Below, one piece after another: positions 25,402-39,481 of a stretch of DNA of 64,000 bases. Origin of the DNA: Paecilomyces variotii (lineage: Eukaryota). A program made the position numbers and the translations under genes. The notes under the pieces were generated by a model. It was not told the origin of the DNA. It did no database searches and saw only the letters and a program-made list of their open reading frames with translations. The DNA lies in the NCBI GenBank assembly GCA_004022145.1, contig RCNU01000001.1, one strand, 5' to 3'. Each line of letters starts with the position of its first letter. The stretch's first letter is position 1.

Positions 25402-26996
25402 GGACCGAATGCTAGCGGGTACCCTGATAATAACGCGCGTATTGATTTTGCAGCACTGCATTCGAGGACATCTAGAGGATTTTGTCATTGGCGTGCTTTC
25501 GGGTCTTGTAGTTTAAACGAATCATCACTAGTCCTGTCACACTGCTACACTGCACGGTTCCTTCACTGTTTCTGTGTTTCTGTGATGGAAACATGTTCGA
25601 GCCTTATTGTTGGACTATCTAGGTACTCTTCCAAGTAAGATCCTGTGGTCATGGCTCAGATCACGGGCCATGGTCTTTGTTCCCCTCCGGAAGACTCGGG
25701 CCACGACTTCTATTGAACTAGCACCACGGTCATCTACATTCGAGAACGTGAACTAGTCCTGCTCGGGCAAAAATGAGAGGACAGGGTCAGATTCAATAAT
25801 CTACAGTAGAGTTTCAGGTGGTCTCCAGTTCGGCATTTTCCCCTACCGCGACATACTCTTCTAACAATAGTGCAGATACCGTTCTCGAACAGATTGCGTC
25901 TGTACTCGACGACGTTACGAACTATGATAACCGCAACCATGTTCATGATGCCCAGGTCATCAGGATTTGAGATATTTTTCTTAACCCGTACGGTATAGTT
26001 CCCACTGGGAGGCTGAACCACATCATTCTCTTGTATCTACAGTCTCTATTTATATTCATATAAGGAAGAGTAGGAAAGTCAAATTTGCGTGTCTAAACTG
26101 CTTCATAGTAACCATGTACAAGCAATTGTTGATTACTGACAATGACTTGAAGTCGCTGCAGTTATGTATGAGAACCACAGGTGGTAGGTTGAAGTTTTGA
26201 GAAATAAGATTAACTAATGTATGCATATTGTCCATCATCGAGGTAAACAATGAGCGCGGCTAATACGGTCTCTTTTACAATTAAGCTCTTCCGATTGCGC
26301 AAAGACTAGCCGCCTAGGGAGGAATTCCTAGCGCCAGGAACCAGAGCCATGGAAGCGCAGGAAAGTAATTACACAAGGGGATCTCCCTAGTTTGGCATGA
26401 TCTGCATACCAGGACGCCTTCTAGACGGTCACACGATCAACAAGCACACTAGATGTGTCATTAAAAGGAGCAACTATTGAGAGAATAAAGTGGGCTGGTG
26501 GCAATAGTTAGTGGGTGTAAGATAGCGACCAAATACACAGATAATAAGATCCAGTATGAAGGAAGCGGTGTGTTGAAGGACTTAACTACTAACTTCTGAC
26601 GCTGGAGCGGCGAAAGTTATGCTGCGAGCGGAAAATTCTCACAAATCACAAGTCCGGAAAGGAAATGCCAACCGCGTTCCCGTGATCTCCAGTCGCGCGC
26701 CAAATAATCCCAAGAACTCCAACAGCGCAACAGTGACAGGACGCGGGGTTATTATTCACTAGGTCAGCTGGAGAGTTATTTAGATTAAGGAGAAAGAAAC
26801 CATTCATGACTAGTGAAGGTTGGGCATCTGCCTGATGGCTGACTCCGTCGTGTCCGCCTGCTAAGTTCCAACTTTGCCTAACGCCTCTTCATCGTGCGCG
26901 AGGCGGACCATGCACCTGACGTCTCACAATACGAGTTGACAGAAAGAAAGAAGCTTTAAAAAAGTTCATTCAACCCCAGAAGGGCAGGCTTCCAGG

Positions 26997-29900
26997 ATGA
27001 CCGCCAACGGCGAGGGCGGCATGGCTGACATTGTTCGCGCACTGGAACTCATCCACAGCCCGACCTCAACAAACGAATTACGCAAGCAAGCTTCAGCGTT
27101 TCTAGAGTCCCAGAAACAGGACAAATCTGCAGCTCGTAATGGATTTTTGTTGGCATCTCAGACAGAGAGCCAGCCGTTGGTTCGATATTTCGGACTATCA
27201 CTGCTCGAGCATACTTTGCGCTCCTCCGGCTTCTCGCTGTCGGGCGAGCAGCTCACAGACGTGCGAACCATGATCTTGGAGCTTGGGGAGTTGATCAGGC
27301 CTCAAGATCCTACTTATATCCGCAACAAGGTTGCGCAATTATGGGCAGAGATTGCGAAGAGAAGCTGGGCGGTCGACTGGCTCGGGATGGATGAAGTTTT
27401 GGTAAAGCTATGGGGTGCTACTTTACTGCACAAGGAATTTGTTCTATCAGTTCTCGAGACCCTGTCAGAAGATATCTTCTATCGTGAAGATACCATTTCT
27501 TCCTTACGAGGAACGGACTTGAACCGAGCGCTGGTGGAGATCTTCACGCCTTTGTCTGTATTTGAGGAGGTCTATCCGGAAAGAGGGCGCCATGTCGAAC
27601 TTCGATACGGCACTGAAGGATGGCTTGCTAGGACATGCGAGTTCCTCGAGAGTTGTATCCAAAATCTGCAGTCCTCCAGAGAAGCCAAAGACTGTGCACT
27701 CAAAGCGCTTGCGACTCTCAGGTCCGCGTTGGCTTGGTCCATACCCAAAGCTGTCATTTCTTCCAACTCTGTTGCAACAGTCTGTCGTGCTTTGGCTTGC
27801 CAGGATGACGAAGTCCGAATGGTAAGAGCTGGAAATATTGCGCAGTGAAGATTTATTGCTAATCATCCGAAGGCCGCTGTCGAAGCATTGCATGCGCTGT
27901 ACAGCAGATCAAATGTGGAGATCGAAGAGTTCCAGCCTCTTGTCCACATTATGTTCCAGACAGATCATCTGGTTCTCTTGCAGAAGGTGTATGAGTGGTC
28001 AATTGTCGATGCTAATGACATCGACGACACCAGATACACGACATCGAAAAAGCTGTCTGAGGTAGGAAACGAAAAAGAATGTTTAGTAGAATTGTATATC
28101 GCTGACTCTACGGCAGTTGCTATCCTATATTGCTGGATTCCTTGAAGAGAAGGGATTCGATCTTCAGGGAGCATACGCCCTGGATTTCCCCTCTTTTTTT
28201 CAACTTTTGCTTATTGTTCTGCGTCATCAGAGTCTCACCGTTTCGATCCCGGTCCTGCATACATGGTCTCGGCTCCTTGCAACGGACAGAGTTGGGAACA
28301 TGGATGTCGTCATAAGCCTAATCGCCCCGTTGCTGGAGATCTGCATGGAGAGACTTGTGCGCTGGGAGAATCTGCCTGAGGATTCGGATAACCCGACTGT
28401 TATTTTTCTCAACGAGGATATCGATACCGTGCCTGAAAGACATGCTTTTGTCGGGAATTACAGGAGGTATTGCTCTTCAGTTATTGAGACAATAGTGCAG
28501 AAGAGGCCCCATGACGCTCTGCCTCACATTTTGACTCGCGTTGACTTCACGTTGAACAATCTCTACGATGGAGTCCCACCTTTCAGCGGTAAGATTACTC
28601 ACTATGCGGCGTAGACTACGGCTAATACTTTCCAGTCGAAAGCTTCACGAAGACATCGATGCCATTGATGCGGGCAGACACCCAATTTGCAGTGGTGGAA
28701 GCAACCCTCAAGGGCTACGGGAAATGGGTGTCAGCGCACGGAAAGCTTCCTCAGCAGGATGTATGTATTCCATTTGTTTCGCAAGGGCTAATAAATGTTA
28801 ACGTCCGCTCTAGGAACAACAACGGAGAGAGCTGGAATCTGCCTTGGAGTCTTGGTCGCTCAGTTTGATGCAGAGGAATTTCGAGGTTTGTAGATGTGAG
28901 AGTTTCAATGTTACATTTCGATCTAACTTCCATTCCAGGACCCGGTTATAAAGCAACGCATTATCAAATTAGTTGTCGATATATCATCGAGAGCGCTCGA
29001 TAAGACTCCGAGCTTCGCCCTTAAAGTGCTGGAACATATATTGATGACGCATCTTCCCGACCGCCCTGAGTACCCAGCTTATTCCGAGTCTGTTAGAGAA
29101 TTGCATGGTCTCGCGAGCCATGAATTGCGCCGACTTGCAATGCGTTATGCTGACTACTTCTCTGTACGTATCACTTCCCCTACTTTTTTCGGCAGCCTTC
29201 AGCTGACTCCTGGAAAGACATTCTACGACTTGTTGGAGCCAAAGATCAAAGAGATTGCGGCAGCCAACCGGATGGATGACAAATTGCAAACTGAGCTGAC
29301 TTCGGTGCTGCTTATAATCATGTAAGTTATCTTGCTACTATCTCACATTCACTTTTCTCTCCTAACAGGTACAGGCAACGAGCAAGCAATGTCGACCCAT
29401 ATCTCCGGGAGACTCGACTACAGGCATTTATAGATCCAGTACGACAGGCCTGGCAAAACGAAGAGTTCAAATCCATGAGCTCTTCTTTTGGTGGATTCTG
29501 CAATCTTCTCGGATTGGACAGAGTCGGCCCATACATGCAAGCCAAGCAAGCACAGAAAATAGAGGACTGGTCTACAGTGCCTCTAGAAAGCGAAGGAAAG
29601 CAAATCCAGGAAGAGATGTCGGCTAAGTTTCAAGTAAGGTCAATTCTCATAGACGACAGGAATATCCGATTTAACATGTCTACCAGGCACTACCATTGCG
29701 CGGCACGAAGACGATGCTTGCAGTATCGACCGAGAAACTTAAGAAGACCGATCCTGCATACGAGCTTGCTTGTAAACTATGGCACGATACCATTCCTATT
29801 ATTTTACCGACGCTCTTGCAGCTTGTCAGGTATGTGAAGTAATCTTTGCATGTAAGCGTGTATGTACTAATGTATTCCTCAGCCATGCTCATGCCTTCCA

Positions 29901-31203
29901 CAATCCGGCGAACTGGGGCGGTCTCCCGGAAGAAGTTCGAGCAGTTGTAGGGCGAATACTCACAGATCGGTTCTGGCAAGCTGGTATATCAGTTGGCAGC
30001 AGGGATGAATTTTATGCTAGAATCGCATCGTCAAGATCCACGCTCGAGGGATTTGCGTCATCTGTGCGCGGCAAAGTACGAGCGGTCCGAGAAACGTGTT
30101 ACTCGATGCTGTTCAGCATGAGCAGGCTTCGGGAGCATTTCTACGGATTTGCAGAGCTCCCAGGACCGTTATCGGAAGCCTTATTCAAGGATTCCACACA
30201 CCTCTCGTCACACCAATTCTCCGTCCTCCTGAATATCTCACGCTGCTTGATTGATGACTGCCCAGTGAGATTTCGACCACAGTTCTTACCTCCGATGCTT
30301 TCCACGCTTTTCACGCAGATTGATAAAAAAGTCACTGCTGAGTGGGAAGTCATCGAACAACGAAAAGCTGGCCTTGTGGAGGGTGATCTCACGGAGGAGA
30401 TGAAAGATGAGAGCATTCTCCGGCAACTAACCTATTCTGCGGTGATCATGGTTGCAAGCCTTCTTGATCCCCAGAGAGGTGGTAAGTTCCCTGTGTAATC
30501 AGGCGGTCAACCTTCGTCTTACTAACAGATCTCAGATCCGGACGAGCCTGAAGCAAGCGATCCAGGTGCAGCTCCACCTCTCTCAGACTCTATCCGCCAC
30601 TTCGTGCTCTCTTCGACTCCTATTTTAGAACCCGTCATTCTTTTCTGCACCCACGCTTTGCGCATGCGCGACACGAGATGCTGCAGCATCATCACGCGTG
30701 TTATCCGGTCCATCCTGCAAGACTTCGCCCCTCCGCTGAACAGTCCCACAGCGGTGACCATCCGAGAGTTCATCTGCTCTGAAGTTCTAACTGCGTGTAT
30801 TACTTCCGTACACGAACCCTATTTCGTTGACATGCAGAAAGATCTAGCGCAGCTCATTGCCTCCATCTGGCTGCTGTACGGGTCCAGCAGCCAAACTCCC
30901 CGGGCCGTCATGCTCAGTCTTCCCGGAATGACCGAACAACGAGTGGCAAGCACTGAGGCTGCCCTGATCCGATCAACCTCTGCGCGCCAGCAACGCGCCC
31001 TCGTTCTCGACCTTCTAGAAGGTTTGCGCGGCGTCAGCATCTCCGAACAAGGCAAGATCTTTGGCACGCGGGAAGACAGACGGAAAGCACGCAGCGCTAT
31101 GCAGGAGAGGTACATGACGAATGAAATGGACGGGCAGCAGAACACAAAAGTCAACATCGACGACGGTCCTGATCTATCAGGGGTGGCGGACATGTTCGGT
31201 TAG
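26997..31203 (+). CDS. MSN5: Exportin-5/Msn5 karyopherin, multi-exon
   Basis: Importin-beta-like N-terminus (VRYFGLSLLE), YIRNKVAQLWAEIAKRSW, ILTDRFWQAGIS and EEMKDESILRQLT; about nine short introns. Confidence 0.92.
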
Positions 31204-31831
31204 TCTATTCGAATGTGGAAATACTTGATTCTAGCCTGCGGTTGTGGCTTCGGGAAGATGTACGGACGTCCTTATTTTGATGTGCGAAAAGAAAAGACGA
31301 TTTTCCTAACCAAGCGATGTCTTCTTGAGTTTGCATCTACCTGCATCTATCATCAGCGATCTTTTCCTTTCCTTTCCCTGCCTTCTTCCTTGTCATTTGA
31401 AGCAAGCCAACTCCATTGAAAATAGATCCCATGTGCCTTCCTGTGCGGGTGTGGAGGAAGGTCTCGATTGAGATATATAGAAAAAAAAATCTACTAAACA
31501 ATAGGCCATATTTTCCTCGTCAGTATATGAAACGATCACGTAGATGTATTCTAAAACTGTCAAAAACAATCGAATTCCTTGCTAAGCCAATATTACTCGG
31601 CCTTATATACAACCAGCACACATGCTCCGAGAAGAAGATCTCTCCGTTTTTCTGTTAGAATCTAGACGCCGATCATCCTGTGGGTAGAATCGAAGTGAAT
31701 CCCTCCCGTATCATTCACATAATGCCCCCTAAAACAATAGAGATACAGGCTCAATCGCGGGAAGTCTGGCTGCGCGTAGAGGGCAATCCGTTCACTGCGC
31801 AAAAGTTGCACACTATTTACGCTGGTTCCCT

Positions 31832-32535
31832 CTACTTGGAGAGGTTGCTAGGGGTGTATGCGAAGGTGGGACGGATGAATCTGTTTGTTGAAAACATGCG
31901 TTAGTTTCCGATGATCAGGCAACGAGGGCTATAGATAATAGAGCGGGTGACTTCGTACCTGTCGCTGTTGTAGACCTTGGTCTCGGTACCAAGCAGCTCC
32001 TTCTCACGAGCCTTGTCGGCAAAGTATCTTCGGGCCTGGTCGCGGTCCTCCTCGGCCTGGAGGAGAGGGATCAGGTGGATACGCGACCACATCTTCTCGC
32101 GGGCGAGCTCACTATGATCACGGTGTTAGCGATCAAATTCCTCTGTCATCTCTGACTGGCATTGAAAAACATTAAGAGATGATTATGCTTCGGGCCACTG
32201 GCAGAGGCCCAATGGTCCTCAATGCCATATGCTGTACGGATAGGGCGGACCGGGCGGAGAGGATGGAACGAGGGAACGGTTCATACTTCTGTTCACGAAT
32301 ACCGTAGAAGAGCTTGTAGTAGCCGTAGGCCATGATCAAGTGCATTCCGACCAGGTAGTAGACAGGCCTGAAGCCACGAGCGGGAAGGTTGCGCTGTCAA
32401 TCATAAAGCTTGGATTAGCAATGCTCTTCCTTCTGAACCTGACCTGACCCTCAATTGACATCTCAGCAGAAAACTCAAACGTACCTTGTACTGGACAGGC
32501 GCATAGCCTCCGACGGGAGGCAAATCCTGAGGCAT
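31832..32535 (-). CDS. NDUFA13: NADH:ubiquinone oxidoreductase accessory subunit B16.6/GRIM-19, 4 exons
   Basis: [25 protein letters not shown] and WSRIHLIPLLQAEEDRD; introns 32394-32484, 32112-32286 and about 31881-31958. Confidence 0.93.
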
Positions 32536-32789
32536 CTTGGCGGCTGATGAGCTGTGAACGCGGCCTTCAATGCGAGTCGAAGGGTGTTAAACGGTCTCGG
32601 ATATCGTGAGGAGTGGAAGTTGGACGATCAGCATCACGTGATGCCCATTGCGGGATGGGGATTATTTTTCGACTTTCCCCACGTCATTATTGGCTGCCGC
32701 GAGATTTTGTGCAGGACATATCAACGAGTGTCTCCCCACCGCGACGGACTCGAATTTTCTTATCTTCTGGTCATTGCAACGACGCAAAC

Positions 32790-33980
32790 ATGGCTATGGA
32801 GGAAGAAGAGCGGCCGAGAAAAATACAGAAGATTGACCGTGACGAACCCGAATCGTCCCTCATGGATGCGGAACTGGGTCCTGTCATGACTGGCGCCGTT
32901 GAGGCCGGTGAAAATGATATTGCCAGTGAAGATGAGTCGAGAACGGGAACTCCTACGACAGGCAATAAGGATGTTACACCAGACACTAATGATGGATTGG
33001 CTGGGATTCCGGGAGCCACTCCTGGGATGTCGAAGAATCAATTGAAGAAGCTACGGCGCAAACAGAAATGGGAAGCGGAGCGTGATTCGCGCCGAGCGAA
33101 GCGGAAAGAGAAGCTGGTCGCAAAGAGAGAAAAGAGGAGAGCCGCCGCCATCGAAGCGGTCCAGAATGGTGCCCCAAAGCCAGAACCGAAACTGAAGCTG
33201 AAACATCTCCGGTCGACTCTACTGCCCATCACCTTTGTCATCGACTGCGGCTATGACGAACTCATGCTGGATAAGGAGCGCATTTCACTCGCATCCCAGC
33301 TGACACGATCCTACTCTGATAATCACCGGTCACCCTATCGCAGTCATCTCGTTATCTCGTCATTCGATAAGCTTCTCAAGGAGCGTTTTGAAACCGTGCT
33401 CTCGAAATCGCATCTCAATTGGAAGGGTGTGCGTTTCTTTGAGGAGGATTTTGCTCATGTGGCCGAGAAGGCAAATGAATGGATGCAGGGACCTGAAGGA
33501 GGCAAATTGGACGGCGTTCTTGCGAAACACGCAGACATGAAGCCCGAAGATGGAGAGGTCATCTACCTCAGCAGTGATAGTCCGGATACCCTCACGGAGT
33601 TGAAACCGTACAGTACATACATTATTGGAGGATTGGTGGATAAGAACCGACATAAAGGTATCTGTTATAAGACAGCGGTGGAAAAGGGCATCAAGACAGC
33701 CAAGCTGCCAATCGGCGAATACATCCAGATGGCGAGTCGCTCCGTGTTAGCGACGAACCATGTGGTCGAGATTATGCTACGATGGCTGGAGCTGGGTGAC
33801 TGGGGAGAGGCTTTTATGCAAGTCATCCCTAAAAGAAAAGGTGGTGTTCTGAAGGGAGAAGCGAATAAATCGGAAGAGGGCAATGATACCCCGGAGAGCA
33901 AACAGCCGGAGGAGAGCGTGGACCAGGAACAACCTTCCGCTGAGCAGACGACAGAGTCCAACTGGAAGGGCGATCCATGA
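32790..33980 (+). CDS. TRM10: tRNA (guanine-N1 position 9) methyltransferase
   Basis: [37 protein letters not shown] and VIPKRK. The start could alternatively be the ATG at 32796. Confidence 0.95.
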   Translation: MAMEEEERPRKIQKIDRDEPESSLMDAELGPVMTGAVEAGENDIASEDESRTGTPTTGNKDVTPDTNDGLAGIPGATPGMSKNQLKKLRRKQKWEAERDSRRAKRKEKLVAKREKRRAAAIEAVQNGAPKPEPKLKLKHLRSTLLPITFVIDCGYDELMLDKERISLASQLTRSYSDNHRSPYRSHLVISSFDKLLKERFETVLSKSHLNWKGVRFFEEDFAHVAEKANEWMQGPEGGKLDGVLAKHADMKPEDGEVIYLSSDSPDTLTELKPYSTYIIGGLVDKNRHKGICYKTAVEKGIKTAKLPIGEYIQMASRSVLATNHVVEIMLRWLELGDWGEAFMQVIPKRKGGVLKGEANKSEEGNDTPESKQPEESVDQEQPSAEQTTESNWKGDP

Positions 33981-34822
33981 ATGATCCACTCAGCAATTCA
34001 CTATAATACCATTCTCGTGAGATCAAATGGGGGCGATATACTACCCTTTACCTGGGTAAAGGGCACGCCCGTCCGCACCTTTCCTAGGCCTGCTAAAGTA
34101 GTGTATGCGAACATATCCCTCTGATGTTGATACCAGCTTTCCGGCTTTCGACGCAAGATGGCCATGGAGTACTCGTCCATTGCCAGAATACTGCCGAGTC
34201 GGGCAAGGTTAACTGCTTTCTGGGTAGGGTTGTTCTCTGACGAAGATCAACGATGATACATCATAGGAAACAGCAAGGACCAATCGCAATTGGACAGAGC
34301 TATCAGCACTGGCGATCACTGGCAATGGTTTTGCTCCAGGGTCTGCACCTGCAATGTATATGTCTTGTGCTTCACCTCTGATACCGAGAACAACCTCTCC
34401 ACAAAGAGGAAAAAGGTAGATTCATTCTATCTAACATTATCCTAGGACATGGACAGCAACATTACCCATGTTCTATAATTATTCAATGCATGAGTAAATC
34501 AGTTCACAGCTGGTGAAGTGATAGACGGCCCAATCTGGTATTAAAGTCGCCACTGGTATGACAGGTGCACCGCCACACTCGAGATGGCCGCCACAGCCGT
34601 ATTTTGCGTCATGGCTCAAGGCAACCGTTGCTGGACAACAAGAGCGGGAGAGAAAAGTTCACGGGTGCCAGGAAAAAATCCATCACGTTTCTTCTTCCTC
34701 ACAAACACCTTCAGGTGATGCATCTGGCAGCATAAGTCTGCATCCGCCTGCCATTCCTTCTACAACAACTCTGTACACCCCGCCTGCCAGTGATCCGCTG
34801 CTTGCAAGGGCAATCTGTCACC

Positions 34823-37407
34823 ATGTTTATGCTCCGAAACGGTAAGTTGCTTCATCTCTGCCCCACCATTCACCCCTCAAGCACAAAGCATAGGGATGCA
34901 CCATTGCGCCACATAGGAGAGAGCTGTGCCGTCCTGCACCCGAATCACACAGCTAACATTCTGCACATTGTTTAGTGAGTAAATTTCTCTTTGGAGACAC
35001 TTCCAAGGAGTCCATCATCGAGATACCCCAGGGCCAGCTTTATCTCGTTCGGCCACTCTCCCCCAAGGGATACTCTGAACTTATCTTCAAGGACGCCGCG
35101 GCCAGCATTCGAAGGACCGGACAAGAGTTTCAGTATCAGCTAGTTGTTCAGAGAGCCTATGAGGAAGGAGAAGAGGAACTTGCGGACGACGAGGACGAGC
35201 AGGGCGCCGCGGACATTCTGGACAAGGACGAGAAAGTCTTCCTGCTTGATCAGAGCCTGCATTTCCGCTCTGAAGTGAGAGAGGGAGGCGAAAAGGTCTT
35301 GGCTTGGAGGGATTTGAGCGGAGACCCCGGCGATCTCTTCGAATTCATCTGTGACTCTTCGATTTCTTCCGATAAGGTAGCGACATTCGAACTCGCTGCA
35401 GTCCAGTGCCAGTACGAGCGAAAGTACAAGAGAAGTGCGCAGAAGGCGACAGAGCAGGAGCTGAAGCAGTTTTCTTTTGAAGAAGAACATCCTATCCCTT
35501 CTGCTAGTCCTATTTCTTCTCCCACTGTCAAGTCCCCTCGCACGCGTTCCCCAACGTCTGGAGAATCTGCCGCCGTCATGGCACGCGATGTCGAATATGC
35601 CCAGTCCAAGGGACAGATTAAGGCTCATACTGCGGATGAACCTACAGCAGCACCGCCTGCTGCTGGGCCCCCTGAAGCGAAAGAAATCCTCGCCAAGGAG
35701 ACCGCCGAGCTTCACTTGTTTGATTTCCCGTCAGGCACCTTCGTTCTGCAAGACCAAGAGGTGACAGCTACGGTCTCAGAGATTGGAACATGGCAATACT
35801 GGCTGCAGATAAGTGGAAAGGACAAGGAATGGCTGGGTCAACCTGTCGTCGCGGACATCAACCCCGTCTTCAATTTCGAGTACCTATCCTTCATATTCAA
35901 CCACTACACGGAAGACGGCTCGGCGTATTCATGGCTGCTGCGATTCAAGGATCAGCCTACGGAAGAACGATTCCAGGAAGGTCTCATGCAGGCACTGTGG
36001 GAGCAGCTGAACGAGATGAAGTGGGTAAAGGTCAAGGACAATGACAGGGAGTACGTTCTGGATGCTTTCCAGGATCTCACAATGGAAGACACTCCGGAAG
36101 AGCAGGAACAGGCAGAGGATGAAGTTGAGCAAGAGGAAGAAGAGGAGGAGGAGGACGAGGGTCAGCGCAGTGAGCACTATGACACGGATGAGGAGGAAGA
36201 CGACGTTGTTACCCGTGACCAGGATGGCAACGTCAACTCCCAGCTTGCCGTAGGCTACAAGCATGATCGATCATTCGTTGTGCGAGGTTCGAAGATTGGT
36301 GTCTTCAAGCACACTCCTAATAACAACCTTGAGTTCTCTACCAACATCTCCAAGGTCGAGACCCCCAAAGGGAAGCTCTTCAGCCCGAAGAAGGTCATGC
36401 TCCACGCGGAAGACTCAAACATGATCCTTCAGAATGCTGATGAGCCTAACTCGCTCTACCGGATGGACCTGGAGTACGGTAAGGTGGTGGATGAATGGAA
36501 GGTCCATGAAGACATTCCCGTCACCAGCTTCGCACCAGAGACTGTGAGTAATCTTTCTGTACACATATATCTAACATGTTGCTAACTCCCTAATCAGAAA
36601 TTCTCGCAAATGACTTCTGCCCAACGCTTCATCGGTATCTCGAAGAACGCCTTGTACCGTATCGATCCTCGTCTGGCCGGCAATAAGCTTGTTGAATCCG
36701 ATCTCAAGCAGTACGTCAGCAAGAACGACTTCTCTGCTACTGCTACAACCGAGAAGGGATACATTGCGGTTGCGTCGAATAAGGGAGATATTCGCATGTT
36801 CGATCGACTCGGTATCAACGCCAAGACACACATCCCAGCTCTTGGTGAGCCCATCATCGGTCTGGATGTCTCTGCTGATGGCCGCTGGGTTCTTGCAACT
36901 TGCCGTACCTATCTTCTTCTGATCGACGCATTGCAGAAGGATGGTAAAAACGAAGGCAAGCTCGGCTTTGAGCGCTCCTTTGCCAAGGATTCGAAGCCGC
37001 AGCCCCGTCGTCTGGGCCTGCAGCCTGCCCATGTCGCGCAATTCCAGCACGAAACCAAGGCGCCGTTGTCCTTCACTCCCGCTCGCTTTAACACCGGTGT
37101 AGACACGAATGAGACGTCCATCGTTACTGCTACGGGTCCCTTCATCATCACATGGAACCTGAAGAAGGTGCTTGCAGGTCGCAAGGACCCTTACACCATC
37201 AAGCGCTATGCAGAGAATGTCATGGCGGACAACTTCAGATTCGGCTCTGACAAGAACGTTATCGTTGCCCTGCCGAACGAGGTCAACATGGTCGCCAAGA
37301 AGAGCTTCAGAAAGCCGACCCGAGAGAGTATTGCCACACCCGTCAGACCTACCAGAAGGAGCTACAACCGATTGGGACGCGACGACATTGTCAATTCTCC
37401 TTACTAA
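34823..37407 (+). CDS. VID27: Vacuolar import and degradation protein Vid27, 3 exons
   Basis: Short first exon MFMLRN and intron 34842..34975; IPQGQLYLVRP, LAVGYKHDRSFVVRG and AKTHIPALGEPIIGLDVSADG. Confidence 0.94.
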
Positions 37408-38282
37408 TGGTGGTTACTGACTGGCGCTGGAGAGACTTTTGACGTCTTCTATGTGGATGAAGCACGATTTTCCTTTTCTTCTTTCTTATCTTGCCCTTTT
37501 GCCCATCGTGTACGGATAACTCATACCCCTGTTGTTTATTTTAGTCTCCTAGGTTTTTTAATCGTCAACAACGTTGGTAGTCCACCAGTGGGTGCGAATT
37601 ACATCGTTCCATGGTTCTGGTTGCTTTCCCAGTAACTGCATTGTCCTTTTCTCTAGTATTATCCCGGGATCTATTGTTATTGAATTACGTTTGGCGTCCA
37701 CTTTCTTCGACCAGGTTTCGGTCCGGAAAGAAGGGGCATATCATTTCATGCCTGCCCATGGAGAAAGATGAAAATATCAACACGGCGAAGTATGCTTTAC
37801 ATTTCACATGCCATAGCAATTTACCTAGTAGGTAGCAGAAAAATAGCAATACCAAGGAAATATTCCCATTGATTCGTAGACTTTGTATAGAAAGCCCCTA
37901 AACTATTTATCTTCGTTCCTCCTAGGAGTATGTAAAAAAAGGCCCAAAACATCTTCCAAGATGATGAAACGCCAGGTTCTTAAATCTTCATCAGTTACTA
38001 CGTACTTCGCAGACTTTTTTAGCCGTCACGCTAAAGTAGTAAAAGCTCCTTTTAGCCCTCAAACGAGAGGGGGGAGAGAAGGTTGGGGAGGTGTTAAGGA
38101 AATATGAAAGTAGGAGTGAAGACGTGGGGTAAGAATAACAAGGGAGAGGGTATTCCTATACAGAAAAAATAATGCGCCCAAGCATTCTACAGAAGCGGAC
38201 GCGCAGCGGGGACTTAATGTGAATGCTCGATCCCATTAATTTGGGGTCTTCTGCAAATCCCTTGTGGAAGTCATCGACATCA

Positions 38283-39481
38283 TCATGCTCCAACGTACCA
38301 CACCTCGACGCCGAGGACGTCAAATTTGGTCCCTTCGTCTGAGAGTGGCTCGTTTCCGAAGGTCTGGCATGAGGCGCTGACGCCCTTTTCGACACTGCCG
38401 TCGAGCCAGAGGCCGAAGTGACCGTCACTGTTATCGTACTGTTAGCTGGATGCATGGATTGGAATCAGGGGGGATTTGAAACTTACCCTCCGCCAACGCT
38501 CAGGAATCCAGTCTCGCAAAATATCATGTAGTCATTCTCTCCGCTATACGGGAACGCCTTGAAGCGGATCCGCTCCGACGTGCTGGTATCACTGCGCATT
38601 GATGCGGCAGTTCCAAGCCTGCTACCTAAACCGTCTCCCGGGGGCGAGAGGAGTGAGTCGTCCTTGGACGATTTTCCTGCCTTCCCAGCTCCGTTTGTGC
38701 TCGTGCCTCGCAACGTCGTGCTGCGATTAGCATTGGTGGTATCCGCGCTGGGCGGCGGAGGCAATCCGGCCCTTTCCAGCATCTCTTCAGTCATGGGACC
38801 GTTATCTCCAGGCTTAGACGACACCAGTGGTGTGGACGCTAGCACACTGGCCCGCCAGAGGAAGCATTCTCCGGTGCCGTAGTAGTGTGGTGCTGGATGC
38901 GGTGCATCAGTCAGATAGGCACCAAACACCGCTCCGCCGGTGGATGAGTCGCGAACGACTAGGACATATCCTGCGCGTTGGCTACGGTGCGAGTACTGCC
39001 TGCAGTGCTCGTAGAGAGTCGCCAGCGATGACCCATCCCGCTCGAGACTATACGCCAGCCGCCATGTGTCGACGAGCTGCAGACGCGGCGGTACGAGCAA
39101 CCTGATCTCCTCCGCCAGCGCACGGGAGAGCAGAGGTGCTGTGTTTCCAGTCGCTGCGAGTGTGAGCGGTGTGAGCGGAGGGGGTTGGAAGGGCGACGTG
39201 GAGCGTTTGGGGTTGAAGACCGTTGTGAAGTCGGTCATGAGCGGTGAAGTCATGCTGTCTGCGGCATTGCGGGGTTTCTGGGTGGAGGTTGGAGAGTCCG
39301 TCAGACGACGGTAGAGACCCGAAACGACATGCGTGACGGGGTAGGAGAAGTATGAGGCCGCAGATTGAGTTCGTGAGGCCGAGGAAGCAGGATGTGGCGA
39401 GTGGGATGCGGACCGTGATGTGGTCGTCGTGGAGAGACTCTGTGGAGGAGGCGACGGACCGCCTCCCTGGGGAGAGGACAT
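38283..39481 (-). CDS. OXR1: Oxidation resistance protein 1 (TLDc domain), 2 exons
   Basis: WRLAYSLERDGSSLATLY, FGAYL, YYGTGECFLW, LSVGGG/DGHYGLWLD, TFGNEPLS and GVEVW. Confidence 0.93.

Noticed and set aside
25500-26900. Short ORFs between the GH5 gene and MSN5
   Set aside because: No recognisable motifs or splice structure; likely spurious.
32140-32230. HDV-like ribozyme or TPP riboswitch in the NDUFA13 intron
   Set aside because: The topology is partly similar, but P3/L3, P1.1 and the catalytic J4/2 motif are missing and no TPP aptamer core is present.
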